Of a stretch of DNA of 64,000 bases, positions 8,421 to 17,552 are shown one piece after another. Where the stretch lies: positions 1-64,000 of the forward strand of contig JBFJCP010000009.1 in the NCBI GenBank assembly GCA_041615815.1. Reading direction: 5' to 3'. The position numbers and the translations under genes were made by a program. Within the stretch, counting starts at the first letter, position 1. Each line of letters begins with the position of its first letter. Source of the stretch: Gemmatimonadales bacterium. GTDB taxonomy: Bacteria > Gemmatimonadota > Gemmatimonadetes > Gemmatimonadales > GWC2-71-9. The notes under the pieces were generated by a model. It was not told the origin of the DNA. It made no database searches and worked only from the letters and a program-made list of their open reading frames with translations.

Positions 8421-9232
8421 CGTCCGTTGCCTCCCGTCTTCCCGAGGGCGTCCAAGAATCGCTCCCGCCACCGCAGGTACCTGCTGGCGCCCAGCATCGA
8501 CTTGAGCGGTTCGAGCCCCACGCGTCGCGCCCATTGGCGCGCCGCCATCCGCCGGTCTCCGCGCACGATGCGCGTGAACCGCTCGACGGAGGGCTCACCC
8601 TGGGCCCAGCACCGCCGGACCCGTTGGCATCCGCCTCTTCCGACAACCAAACCAGTATTCACACCCCACCGAGACGTGGCGACAGTCCGAAAGCCGGACT
8701 CGCTCAGCAACGACCACCGCGTACGCGAGGGCTCGAAGCCACCCGGGAGCGCGATCTGATCGGTATCCTGACCGAGGGCCTCGTCCAGCTCGGCCTTGGA
8801 CCGCACGAGCTCGTCTCGGGCCTCGGCCGGTGATAGCTCGGAGAAATACGCGTGGGTGCGTGTGTGGGATTGAATGTCCATCCCCTCCGCTCGCATCTCG
8901 CGCAGCTGGTCCCACGTGACGTACCCCAGCTGTCCCACCCATGAGGTGACCACGAAGAACGTGGCCGTCATCCCTCGTTCGACGAGAGCGGGGAAGGCAC
9001 GCTCGAACTGGCCCGCGTTTCCGTCGTCAAAGGTGAGGGCCACGCACCCCTGGCCGCCAAGACCGATCGCCTCGCGCAGGCTGCACGCCCGGAGACCGGC
9101 ATCCGCGATGCTGTCGATCTGTTGGAGGAAGGCCCGGTGCGAGACTCCGAAATACTCTGGGCTACCGTCCCGCGGCGGTTCATGTGGCAGCACGTCGTGG
9201 TAGACCAGACAGACCCAGTTGCGTTGCGTCAT
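8417..9232 (-). CDS. NodB-type polysaccharide deacetylase
   Basis: LVYHDV, TFDDG, HTRTH; start moved to MTQRNW. Confidence 0.9.
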   Translation of the reverse strand: MTQRNWVCLVYHDVLPHEPPRDGSPEYFGVSHRAFLQQIDSIADAGLRACSLREAIGLGGQGCVALTFDDGNAGQFERAFPALVERGMTATFFVVTSWVGQLGYVTWDQLREMRAEGMDIQSHTRTHAYFSELSPAEARDELVRSKAELDEALGQDTDQIALPGGFEPSRTRWSLLSESGFRTVATSRWGVNTGLVVGRGGCQRVRRCWAQGEPSVERFTRIVRGDRRMAARQWARRVGLEPLKSMLGASRYLRWRERFLDALGKTGGNGR

Positions 9233-10431
9233 CACACCGTCACGGTCGTCGCACTGCGCCGTGTCACGAGCTGGTCGACGATGTCCAACAAGCAATCCGC
9301 ACGGTCCGACCATGAGTGCCGGCGGGCCAGATCCTGCCCTTGCGCACGCGCCTGGTCGCGATCCAGAGCCAACGCGGCCTCGAGGCGCTGCAGGAACGCG
9401 GGGTGGTCGTGACCGATCCCGATCGTCGCGTGGTATTTGCGCACCTCGGGAATGTCGGTGGAGACCACCGAAATCCCCGCGGCCAGATACTCCAGAAGCT
9501 TGAGCGGATCCACCGCTCTCGTCCATTCGTTGAGAATGTATGGGATCAGCCCTACATCGAACGCCTGAACGTAGCCCGGAAGGTCCTCGTAGGATCGCGC
9601 ACCGAGCACATGCATGTTGGGCCGATCGAGTTCCGCGACGTCCCCGTCAATCACCGGTCCCACGAGAACCACCGATCCCTCTGGGTGCGCGTCCGCCACC
9701 TTGCGCATGAGCGCGAAGTCGCAGCAGCTGCTGATCCCGCCCGCAAATCCAATGATAGGGCGAGGCAGCCCGCACAACTCCTCTGGCGCCGGCCTCGGAC
9801 GGGCAAAGTGGTCGTAGTTCACGCCCTGTGGGAGGTAATGGACCGCGCCGGAACGCGGCACTTTCGAGCTGGTCAGGCTATCGGCCGTTGCCACCACCGC
9901 GTCGACCTTGCGAAGCAAACGACGCTCCAACGGGCCCAACATCTCGTGGGACACGCCGGCGAGATGCAGAAAGTCGTCCATGCAGAAGTACACCGACGCG
10001 ATCTCTCCGAGACGGCCGATCACCGAGGTGGACGGTGGTGAGCCGGTGACCACCACGGGTGGCGCGGCAGCGTCCACTTGCCGCAACGCGTCGCGGATCG
10101 CTCGCAGGAGCACACGCCGATTCAGCGCCATGACGGGGTCCCAGTGATGCCACGGCAGGACGCGCGGCTGCAGAATCAGCTCCGGCGCGCGGGGATCGAA
10201 ACCATTGGTGACTGGTGGTGCCGCAGCCGCCTGGCGCCACATCGACCGCGCCTTCTCCCAGACGCGACGAAAATCGTCGGGCCGAAACCTGGGGACCCGG
10301 TGCCCGATTCCATTGATCCAGATCACGCGCCGCCGCCCCACAATTTCGCGAAACACATGCTGCATCGACGAGACTCGGCGGCCCCAGTCGTCTCCGAACA
10401 CTACGATCGGGCACGCCTCGGGACGAATCAT
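9232..10431 (-). CDS. GT4 glycosyltransferase (TuaH-like)
   Basis: GVNYDHF, PIIGFAG, FDVGLIPY..PLKLLEYLAAG, HSW; start MIRPEACP. Confidence 0.9.
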   Translation of the reverse strand: MIRPEACPIVVFGDDWGRRVSSMQHVFREIVGRRRVIWINGIGHRVPRFRPDDFRRVWEKARSMWRQAAAAPPVTNGFDPRAPELILQPRVLPWHHWDPVMALNRRVLLRAIRDALRQVDAAAPPVVVTGSPPSTSVIGRLGEIASVYFCMDDFLHLAGVSHEMLGPLERRLLRKVDAVVATADSLTSSKVPRSGAVHYLPQGVNYDHFARPRPAPEELCGLPRPIIGFAGGISSCCDFALMRKVADAHPEGSVVLVGPVIDGDVAELDRPNMHVLGARSYEDLPGYVQAFDVGLIPYILNEWTRAVDPLKLLEYLAAGISVVSTDIPEVRKYHATIGIGHDHPAFLQRLEAALALDRDQARAQGQDLARRHSWSDRADCLLDIVDQLVTRRSATTVTV

Positions 10432-11129
10432 GCGCCGTGCTTTTCGAACACGATCAAGAACTTGTTGGCGCGCAGCCGATCGGGGAGCCAGCTCGTCGCT
10501 CCATGATAGGCCCGCCGGACGAGGCTCAAACCGTCTGCCCACGGCCGGTGCACGAAGTGTAAGGCACGCCGCCGGAATCCCCACGCGGCGAACCGCTTCG
10601 TCAGGGCACCGGGGCGGAGCGCGCATTGATTCCGCGTCATCCCGTTCAAGCCCCATACTCGATTGACGACGCTCATGGCAAACCAGGTCACGAAATTCCC
10701 GGCATTGGGCTCGAAGGCGATGAGCCGACTACCGGTCACACGCCGTAACTCCTCACCCAACGCATCCATCTTCGGAAAGTGATGGAGCAACAGCGAGGTC
10801 CATGTCACGGCGGTCATCCCATCGCGGAACGGCAACTGCTCGGCATTCGCCACGATGAACATGCCCTCGAGGTTCTCGCGCGCGAATCGGTCGCGCGCCG
10901 ATCGCACGCCCTGTCTGGTGAGATCGACGGCCACGACCTGAAGGCCGCGACGCGCCAGCCGTACGGCGTGGCCACCCGTCCCGCACCCGAGATCGAGCAC
11001 GATCCCGGACGGAATGTCTGGGAACGCCAGGTCGTGCAGCTCGTCATATCCCGAGTTGATATGCTCGTTCTCGGGATTGCGCTCAAACAGCTCGTCGTAA
11101 AATGCCCGCTCGGCAACGATATCCTGCAT
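10428..11129 (-). CDS. Class I SAM-dependent methyltransferase
   Basis: VLDLGCGTG, VDLT, NAEQLPF, LLHH, FEPN; start MQDIVAER. Confidence 0.9.
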   Translation of the reverse strand: MQDIVAERAFYDELFERNPENEHINSGYDELHDLAFPDIPSGIVLDLGCGTGGHAVRLARRGLQVVAVDLTRQGVRSARDRFARENLEGMFIVANAEQLPFRDGMTAVTWTSLLLHHFPKMDALGEELRRVTGSRLIAFEPNAGNFVTWFAMSVVNRVWGLNGMTRNQCALRPGALTKRFAAWGFRRRALHFVHRPWADGLSLVRRAYHGATSWLPDRLRANKFLIVFEKHGA

Positions 11130-11131
11130 AG

Positions 11132-12373
11132 TCACACCTTGGATGAAACGAGAGTCTTGGCCAATCCCGGCGGCTCCGCTGAAGGGCTCACGGGATTCGT
11201 GAGAGCCGCGGCGGCGCGCTCGATGTGAGCGACCGAGACGGCTCGGTGACACGGAAGTGCTAGCAAACGCTCTGCCAGGAACTCCGCCCGTGGCGTGCGC
11301 CGATCCTCGCACCACCCGCGGCGAAACTCCTCGATCCCACCGAGCGTCGTCGGATAGGAACGAACGTACGGAAATCCCACGTCGTGCAGTTTTGTGCTGA
11401 TCCGATCCCGCACCGTGGGATCGGTGGCGACAACCGGATACCGCAGGTAGGCCGGCTCGGCGCCGTCGCGGGGCTGGACGTGCTCGATGAGCCCGCACGG
11501 CTCGAGTGCCAATGCCCACCCCGCGGCGGCGGCGGCACGGCAGTCGCGTTCCTGCGACACGCGCGCGGCCAGTCCGTGCGCCAGACCGTTGGTGCTGGCA
11601 CCCGCCGAGCGTATGGCAAACTCTGGCTCGTACACCGACTCCCCGATGCGGGTGCCGGGCAACCGACTCATCAAACCAAACAGACCGGGACTGGCCGACG
11701 CCTGCACCGCACAAGCCACCACCCACTCCTTGAAGCCCAGCACTCGCGCGCGCGGCCGCTGATCCGCCAGGTAGGATCGTAGATCCTTCGTGTGTACCAG
11801 TAACGCCCCACCATCGCCCGTCGTTACGCACTTTCCACGCCCTAGGCTCACGACACCCAGATCCCCTCGCCCACCGACGGGTGCGCCACGGTCGACTCCA
11901 CCGAGCGCCTGCGCCGCATCATCGATCAAGAGCGCCCCCGCATCCCGAACCCAGTCGAGATCCCACACAGCGGACGGGTACCCAAACAGATTGCCGAGGA
12001 CGACGGCTGCCGTTTGATCGTCCACGCACCCCCGGAGATCCCGTCGATCGAAGTCGAGGGTGACCGGGTCCAGGTCACACAGGCGCACCCGCGCCCCAGC
12101 CGCGGCCGCGGCCGCGGCGACGGAGAAGGACGTGTAGGCGGGAAGGACCACGACACGGCGGCCGGTCGCCCGCATGGACAGCATGAGGGCCGTCGCCAGC
12201 GCGGCACGCCCCGACGCGAACGGAACGGGGTGCGTGCTGGGAAAGATGGCCTTCAGTTCCCTGACGAGCCGACCCCGATACGAGGCGGGCCGCATCACGG
12301 CGGCGGCGCCCCGAACTAACGCCCCAACGGATGGGGGCGCGAGCGTGGGTGGTATGCGGGCAATCCTCATCAT
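11132..12373 (-). CDS. DegT/DnrJ/EryC1/StrS family PLP-dependent aminotransferase
   Basis: FASGRAAL, LPAYT, NLFGYP, DDAAQALG, SLGRGK (PLP Lys), LALPCH. Confidence 0.85.
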   Translation of the reverse strand: MMRIARIPPTLAPPSVGALVRGAAAVMRPASYRGRLVRELKAIFPSTHPVPFASGRAALATALMLSMRATGRRVVVLPAYTSFSVAAAAAAAGARVRLCDLDPVTLDFDRRDLRGCVDDQTAAVVLGNLFGYPSAVWDLDWVRDAGALLIDDAAQALGGVDRGAPVGGRGDLGVVSLGRGKCVTTGDGGALLVHTKDLRSYLADQRPRARVLGFKEWVVACAVQASASPGLFGLMSRLPGTRIGESVYEPEFAIRSAGASTNGLAHGLAARVSQERDCRAAAAAGWALALEPCGLIEHVQPRDGAEPAYLRYPVVATDPTVRDRISTKLHDVGFPYVRSYPTTLGGIEEFRRGWCEDRRTPRAEFLAERLLALPCHRAVSVAHIERAAAALTNPVSPSAEPPGLAKTLVSSKV

Positions 12374-12469
12374 CGTCACACCGGCAGCCGTGGAGTTCCG
12401 GGCGCGTGGCTCCTGGGGCGCGGCAAACCCTCCTCGCGAGAGCGAATCGTTGTCGGACGACCCCGTGTC

Positions 12470-12485
12470 TGCATTACTCATGCCC
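12470..12485 (-). promoter_or_regulatory. Candidate sigma54 promoter for the degT...fkbH operon
   Basis: Minus strand GGGCATGAGTAATGCA (GG-N10-GC). Confidence 0.55.
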
Positions 12486-12616
12486 GGACCTGAGGGGGAA
12501 ATCCGACGGGCGAGGCCGTGACCCGGCACCCCCACTGTTGCACCCGCGCCACACCAGGACAAGGGGGAGGCACAGTTCGGAAAATCCGATACTTTGTCCG
12601 GACTGCACTCCGCGCG

Positions 12617-12632
12617 TGGTACAGCGATTGCT
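12617..12632 (+). promoter_or_regulatory. Candidate sigma54 promoter for the Wzy/ligase gene
   Basis: TGGTACAGCGATTGCT, close to consensus TGGCACG-N4-TTGCW. Confidence 0.65.
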
Positions 12633-12763
12633 CCATCCCCGGGCACCCACAGCGGTCCCGAGCAGGGTCAGGCACCGGACACATGGCACCACCACAAACG
12701 AATTCCGCCGGCAGTTCGGCCCACGCATTCCCGGCCATAGGCCGGCGTCGAGCTCGACGGCTC

Positions 12764-14182
12764 ATGAAAACGGCGGCCATGTCGCGCGCGCCCGTGCTGT
12801 ACATCTACGCGCTCTGGGCCCTGATCATCTTCGATCCCCATCGATGGCTCGCCAGCCTCGGACCAGGCTTCTTGGACCGAATGGGGACGGTCCTGTTTCT
12901 CCCGCTCGTCATCCTCATGCTCGTGCGCGGGCCCATGATCGCCGCGTGGGCCAAGAGCTGGATGGTGTACCCAGCCTTTCTCGCCTACATCGCGTTCGCC
13001 GTGGGCACGGCCCCGCTCGCCTACAACCGATCCGTGGCGTGGGAGACCGTCCAGAGCCTGATCCTCTTTTACCTGTTGGCACTCGGCACGCTCCTGTTCA
13101 TCCGTACGGCTCGGGAGGCAGTCCCCATCGTCTTGATGTTCCTCTTTCAATTCCTCTGGTGGGGCTACCACGCCCGCCTGAGCGCGATGGTGTATTGGCA
13201 CCCCGGCTACGCCAACACGGATGGGGTGGGCTCGTTGCTGGTCATGGGGATCGGCATCTGTTTCTACTTTGGGCTCGCGTCCGAGAACAAGTGGATCAAA
13301 CGGCTGGCGTTTGCCTTGGCGGCTTATTGTGTCTTAGGAGTCGTGGCGTCGTTCGCCCGCGGCGCGGTGCTCACCGCGGGTTTGGTGCTCGTGATTCTCT
13401 GGGTCCGCTCCCCGCGCAAGGGTGCGGCCGCGGCCGGCGCCGTCCTGGCGATCGGATTGGTCATCGGCAGTAGCGCGCTGCTCCACGAAGAGGGCGCCTT
13501 CTGGGCCGAGATGCAGTCCACGTTCACCGAGGGAACGCGCGAGGGGACTGGGCGCGACCGGTGGGAGCTCTGGAAAGCGGCAGTCCGCGTCTGGAAGGAG
13601 CAGCCCATCATCGGGACCGGCGCCCGGAACTTTGGTCCTTTCGCTGCGGAGTTCTTCGCCTTTGGCGAACTCCCTGGATACGAGAACCCGGGACGTCTGT
13701 TCAGCCGGAATCTCCACAACGCGTACTTCCAGATTCTCAGCGAATTCGGGGTGGTGGGCTGCCTTTTGTTCCTCTGGCTGATCGGCGACTTCTGGAGGCG
13801 TAATCTACAATTGCGACGTCCGGCGGTCCTCTACGCGTGGCATACGCGCAGCGACGGAAAGCTGGACCTGCGGTACGTATCGTTGGGGTTGGAGCTGGCG
13901 ATGATCGCGTTCTTGGTCAACTCGCTGTTCTACGCGCAGCTCTACGTCCATTGGATGTACACGTTGCTGATCGGCAACTATCTGCTTCACGCGGTGACGA
14001 TACCAACGGCAGCAGAGCGAGCAGCCGTGGCGAGCATGAATCCCCCCGCGTCCAATCGGTGGGGCCGCTTTGCGGCACGCGTGCCCAGCACGGCTCGATG
14101 GGGCGCCGCGCTCCGGCCCTCCACAAGACGTCAGCTGCCACGGCCGAGCCCGCCGCAGGGTACCGTGCCACCTGAGAACTGA
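12764..14182 (+). CDS. O-antigen ligase / Wzy polymerase family membrane protein
   Basis: About 10-12 hydrophobic segments; SFARGA, R.ELWKAA..PIIGTG..NF, HNAYFQILSEFG. Confidence 0.88.
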   Translation: MKTAAMSRAPVLYIYALWALIIFDPHRWLASLGPGFLDRMGTVLFLPLVILMLVRGPMIAAWAKSWMVYPAFLAYIAFAVGTAPLAYNRSVAWETVQSLILFYLLALGTLLFIRTAREAVPIVLMFLFQFLWWGYHARLSAMVYWHPGYANTDGVGSLLVMGIGICFYFGLASENKWIKRLAFALAAYCVLGVVASFARGAVLTAGLVLVILWVRSPRKGAAAAGAVLAIGLVIGSSALLHEEGAFWAEMQSTFTEGTREGTGRDRWELWKAAVRVWKEQPIIGTGARNFGPFAAEFFAFGELPGYENPGRLFSRNLHNAYFQILSEFGVVGCLLFLWLIGDFWRRNLQLRRPAVLYAWHTRSDGKLDLRYVSLGLELAMIAFLVNSLFYAQLYVHWMYTLLIGNYLLHAVTIPTAAERAAVASMNPPASNRWGRFAARVPSTARWGAALRPSTRRQLPRPSPPQGTVPPEN

Positions 14183-14189
14183 GCCTCGA

Positions 14190-15311
14190 TCACCACCACC
14201 GAGGACCGTCACAGTCCCCGCGATTCACATAGATCCCACCGCTCCCGCCGGCTTCGGCGAGCTCGGCTTCCATTTGCGGCGACCGATAGAAGGCGAAGTT
14301 GCTGGGACCTTCGAGGAATTGGAGCGCCCGCAACGCGCCGATCCACGCGGGATGAGACTGGTTCGTGAACACGAGGTCCACGTCCAAGTCACGCAGGCAC
14401 TGGAGCCCCACGTACAGCACGCCGAGCGCGTGCTCGGGGGCCGCAAACGCATCAGCGAGTAGTCCCACGGCGAGGGCGCCAAACCGGCGATCGCCGGGAC
14501 CGTTTCGAAGATCGGCGCGATGGACACAAATCCATCCCACATCGTCCCCTGCCTTCGTCACGCGGAGTCGGGTGAGGCCGCGATAGGAAGACGGATACAG
14601 CCGCGCAAGCATAGCGGCATCTCGCCGAGCCACGAGACGGTACGAGGCCCGGTTGCGCTCCCATACGGCATCGGCCCACGGCCCAAAGCCGTCCACGACG
14701 TCCCCTCGATACGATGCTGCGACCCGTCTCGCCACCGACCTCCCCGCTGCACTCCACACTTGGTGTCCGAGCCAGCCAGCACCGCTGAATGCGAGCAGAT
14801 CCATGAGCGCACGACGCAGCCAGCGGCGCCGGACGTACGTGAGCTGCCGTAGAACCGCATACGGGTGGATGACCCGGAAGAAGAAAGGCACCGTCAGGCC
14901 GGTCCAGCGAATGCTGGCCAAGAGTCTGGCAAATGGACCGGCATGTCCCCCCAATCCCAGGGCCATGAGCTTGGGCTGCTCCCGTAGCAGCTTGACGACG
15001 AGGCCAGCGGGGACGCCTTGATAGGTGGAGTCGATGAGACTCTCACTCACCGGATACTTGGCCCAGCCGGCGTCGACGCACCGATCGTAAACCCAGAACT
15101 CGTGCTCTCTGAGCCACACGGCACCGCGGACCTCGCCCCCGTCCGCAGCCACGAAGAGGCGTTCGCTGATGGGATACCCGGACTCGCCTCCAATCTCGGG
15201 CCCGTCCTCCCCATAGACCGGGAAGTTCACGCCGCCCGACTGCAACCGCGCGTTCAGACGCTCGATGGCGGGTCGGTCCTGCGCCTCGAACCGCCGAATG
15301 GAGAGTTTCAC
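14190..15311 (-). CDS. Conserved hypothetical protein, probable GNAT fold
   Basis: Start GTG 15311 (MKLSIRRFEAQD); RLFVAADGGEVRG, SLIDSTYQGV, RRDAAML..LY resemble tandem GNAT proteins in polysaccharide loci. Confidence 0.6.
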   Translation of the reverse strand: MKLSIRRFEAQDRPAIERLNARLQSGGVNFPVYGEDGPEIGGESGYPISERLFVAADGGEVRGAVWLREHEFWVYDRCVDAGWAKYPVSESLIDSTYQGVPAGLVVKLLREQPKLMALGLGGHAGPFARLLASIRWTGLTVPFFFRVIHPYAVLRQLTYVRRRWLRRALMDLLAFSGAGWLGHQVWSAAGRSVARRVAASYRGDVVDGFGPWADAVWERNRASYRLVARRDAAMLARLYPSSYRGLTRLRVTKAGDDVGWICVHRADLRNGPGDRRFGALAVGLLADAFAAPEHALGVLYVGLQCLRDLDVDLVFTNQSHPAWIGALRALQFLEGPSNFAFYRSPQMEAELAEAGGSGGIYVNRGDCDGPRWW

Positions 15312-15345
15312 GCTCTGCCGCCGCCACCCGAGGACCGCGGTTGCG

Positions 15346-16650
15346 TCATCCCCCTCCGGACGGGTCGGCTGGCGGGCCGGAACCAAAACGCTCGACGATC
15401 GCTTCGTAGCATCGCTTCGAGGAGTTTCCGTCGAAGAAGCTGTGGACTGCCTCACCAACGCGGTGTCGATCCTCACGCCAGGCTTCCGTGGCGTGGTCGT
15501 AGTCGGCCAGCACGTTCTCGAGGGCGCACACCAGCTGCTCGGCGTCGTAAGCCTTGGGGCCCGGTGTGGCATCCTCGTAGTCGTAATAGAAGGTGCGATA
15601 CCGCTGGTACTCATCCAGATCGGGGGCGTAAAAGATGATGGGCCGTTCGAGCAGGAGATAGTCGAAGTACACGGACGAGTAGTCCGTAATGAGCGCGTCC
15701 ATGAGCGGAAGCTGCTGGTAGATATCGACATCGGACGGCAGCAACTCGATGTGCTCGCAGGATTCGAGTTCCTCCATGTTCTCGAGCACCGCGCGACTCG
15801 ATTGGTGGAGCTTGCAGTAGAGCTTGGTCCTGTATCGCTCCAGTACCCGGTCGAGATCGCCAAGCGGTAGGGGGACTTGGAACAGTCCACCCCGCACGAG
15901 CGTGATGTCGCGCCAGGTCGGGAAATAACCCACCACTCGGTAACCGGCAGCACGGTCGCGCTCGAGCTGTTCCGAGATCGCCACGTCCTCCGGACCGAGC
16001 GCGCGCCGCGCCCACGCCTGCCCAAACAGCGCGTCATTCCGCGGATATCCCGTGCGCAGGACCGCGGACGGCTTCACGGCAAACGCAGATTGAAAAAACG
16101 TAGCGGGGTCTGGGCCCGTGGCCACGAGGTAATCGGCATGCTCGTAGATCTGAGGATCGACCCAAGAGTGTATCAGGCGAGTGGCCAGCGACCCGTACCG
16201 GGCCTTGTTCAGCGGATGCTGCGGGTCTTCGATGTCGCGCTCGATCCGTTTGAGCGGTACGCCGTGCCACAAATTCACCCGCACCGCGCCTCCGGAAAGG
16301 GCGTAGGAGATATCGGACGATCGCATGTCGTAGACGTAAACCGCGGCTCGGAGCGCGGTCCACAGCCCACGGACACTCCACTTGCGATACGCCGGAAAGC
16401 CGGCCTCCCGCAGGTGCTCGACGACGGATCGGTTGGCGGAGATCCACACGCACCGGGGTTTGGGTTCTGGCAACGACGTCGCGTACAAGAAGAGGTACCG
16501 GGCGTTATCCGCAAAGCGCTGCCCCTGCCAGGACCCAAACGCCCACAAGTCGGGGCGTCGAGGCATGAGGTGGGTGAGGGCAAACCCCAGGTGCCACACT
16601 CCGCGGGTCACCAACTCACGGAAGAGACGAAAGAGGGCTCCGAGAGACAC
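15346..16650 (-). CDS. CDP-glycerol glycerophosphotransferase family protein (TagB/TagF-like)
   Basis: FADNARYLF, NLWHGVPLKRI, TGYPRND, YFPTWRD, KLH, LITDYSSVYFDYLLLERPIIFY; start approximate. Confidence 0.92.
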   Translation of the reverse strand: MSLGALFRLFRELVTRGVWHLGFALTHLMPRRPDLWAFGSWQGQRFADNARYLFLYATSLPEPKPRCVWISANRSVVEHLREAGFPAYRKWSVRGLWTALRAAVYVYDMRSSDISYALSGGAVRVNLWHGVPLKRIERDIEDPQHPLNKARYGSLATRLIHSWVDPQIYEHADYLVATGPDPATFFQSAFAVKPSAVLRTGYPRNDALFGQAWARRALGPEDVAISEQLERDRAAGYRVVGYFPTWRDITLVRGGLFQVPLPLGDLDRVLERYRTKLYCKLHQSSRAVLENMEELESCEHIELLPSDVDIYQQLPLMDALITDYSSVYFDYLLLERPIIFYAPDLDEYQRYRTFYYDYEDATPGPKAYDAEQLVCALENVLADYDHATEAWREDRHRVGEAVHSFFDGNSSKRCYEAIVERFGSGPPADPSGGG

Positions 16651-16661
16651 GAAAGCCGGTC

Positions 16662-17486
16662 CTACCCCTTCCCGTTGCCTGCGTGCGCGCAGAGGGTGGG
16701 GAGCACCGCCAGGCACCGATCGTACGCCTCGCGGGCCTGCCGGATCGTCTCGGGCTTGAGTGGCACGGGGTCCCGCTGCCGGTCGCGCACGATACGCCCG
16801 GTCGTGATTTCTTCCGAATCGTCCCCGAGACCGCGCGGCCCCCGCTGTCCGGTGGCCCAGGTCGTCTCATACCGCTCGGACAACGGAGTCGCGAGACCCA
16901 GGAATCGGCCGAGATCCACGAGGACCCTCGGCGCCTCGTTCAACAGCTGATCGTATGTGAGAAAGAACGCCCGCCCCGTGTCATTGGCCGTCCGCGCGTA
17001 TTCTTCGACCATCTTGAGCTGGCGAAGGTAATACCGCAGGATCTCGTCTTCCCCGTGAATATCCCTCGGCTTGAACCGCACGATGCTCGGTATACACTGC
17101 TCCGGCGCTCGCACCAAGAAGACGAGTTTCACGAACTCTTCTCGGAGAAGATCGGGGTTTTGGATGTAGTCACGGTACAAAACCTTGTCCAACACGTACG
17201 GACCGCGTGGCCGGAACCGGTGAAATGACCGGCAGACGTCGAACGTGAGGTACGCCAGATCGCGCACCCGCCGATATTCCCGATGGGTTTCCCCGTAGCC
17301 GTCGATGCCTGGATTCGTGTTCAGGATATGCAGCAACAAGGTCGATCCGGACCGGATGTGTCCCACGATGAACACCGCATTGAGCCGTCCCCGCTCGAAC
17401 CGCCGTTCGAAGTGGCGCACCAGCACGCGACGCATGGGGGCCTTGATCAGTTGGGGAAGCGGCAATGATCTGAGACTATCGCTCAT
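16662..17486 (-). CDS. Sulfotransferase family protein
   Basis: 5'-PSB loop VGHIRSGSTLL; 3'-PB motif LVRAP....S; TYDQL. Confidence 0.85.
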   Translation of the reverse strand: MSDSLRSLPLPQLIKAPMRRVLVRHFERRFERGRLNAVFIVGHIRSGSTLLLHILNTNPGIDGYGETHREYRRVRDLAYLTFDVCRSFHRFRPRGPYVLDKVLYRDYIQNPDLLREEFVKLVFLVRAPEQCIPSIVRFKPRDIHGEDEILRYYLRQLKMVEEYARTANDTGRAFFLTYDQLLNEAPRVLVDLGRFLGLATPLSERYETTWATGQRGPRGLGDDSEEITTGRIVRDRQRDPVPLKPETIRQAREAYDRCLAVLPTLCAHAGNGKG

Positions 17487-17552
17487 GGATGATGACCGAG
17501 TTCGTTCAGGGAAGCTGGGAGCACGATTCAGGCCGGTGGATCACGACCGGGA

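Noticed and set aside
15312..16037. Long N-terminal extension of the 14190 ORF overlapping the TagF-like gene
   Set aside because: Ser/Thr/Arg-rich shadow frame typical of high-GC DNA; protein-like sequence starts at GTG 15311.
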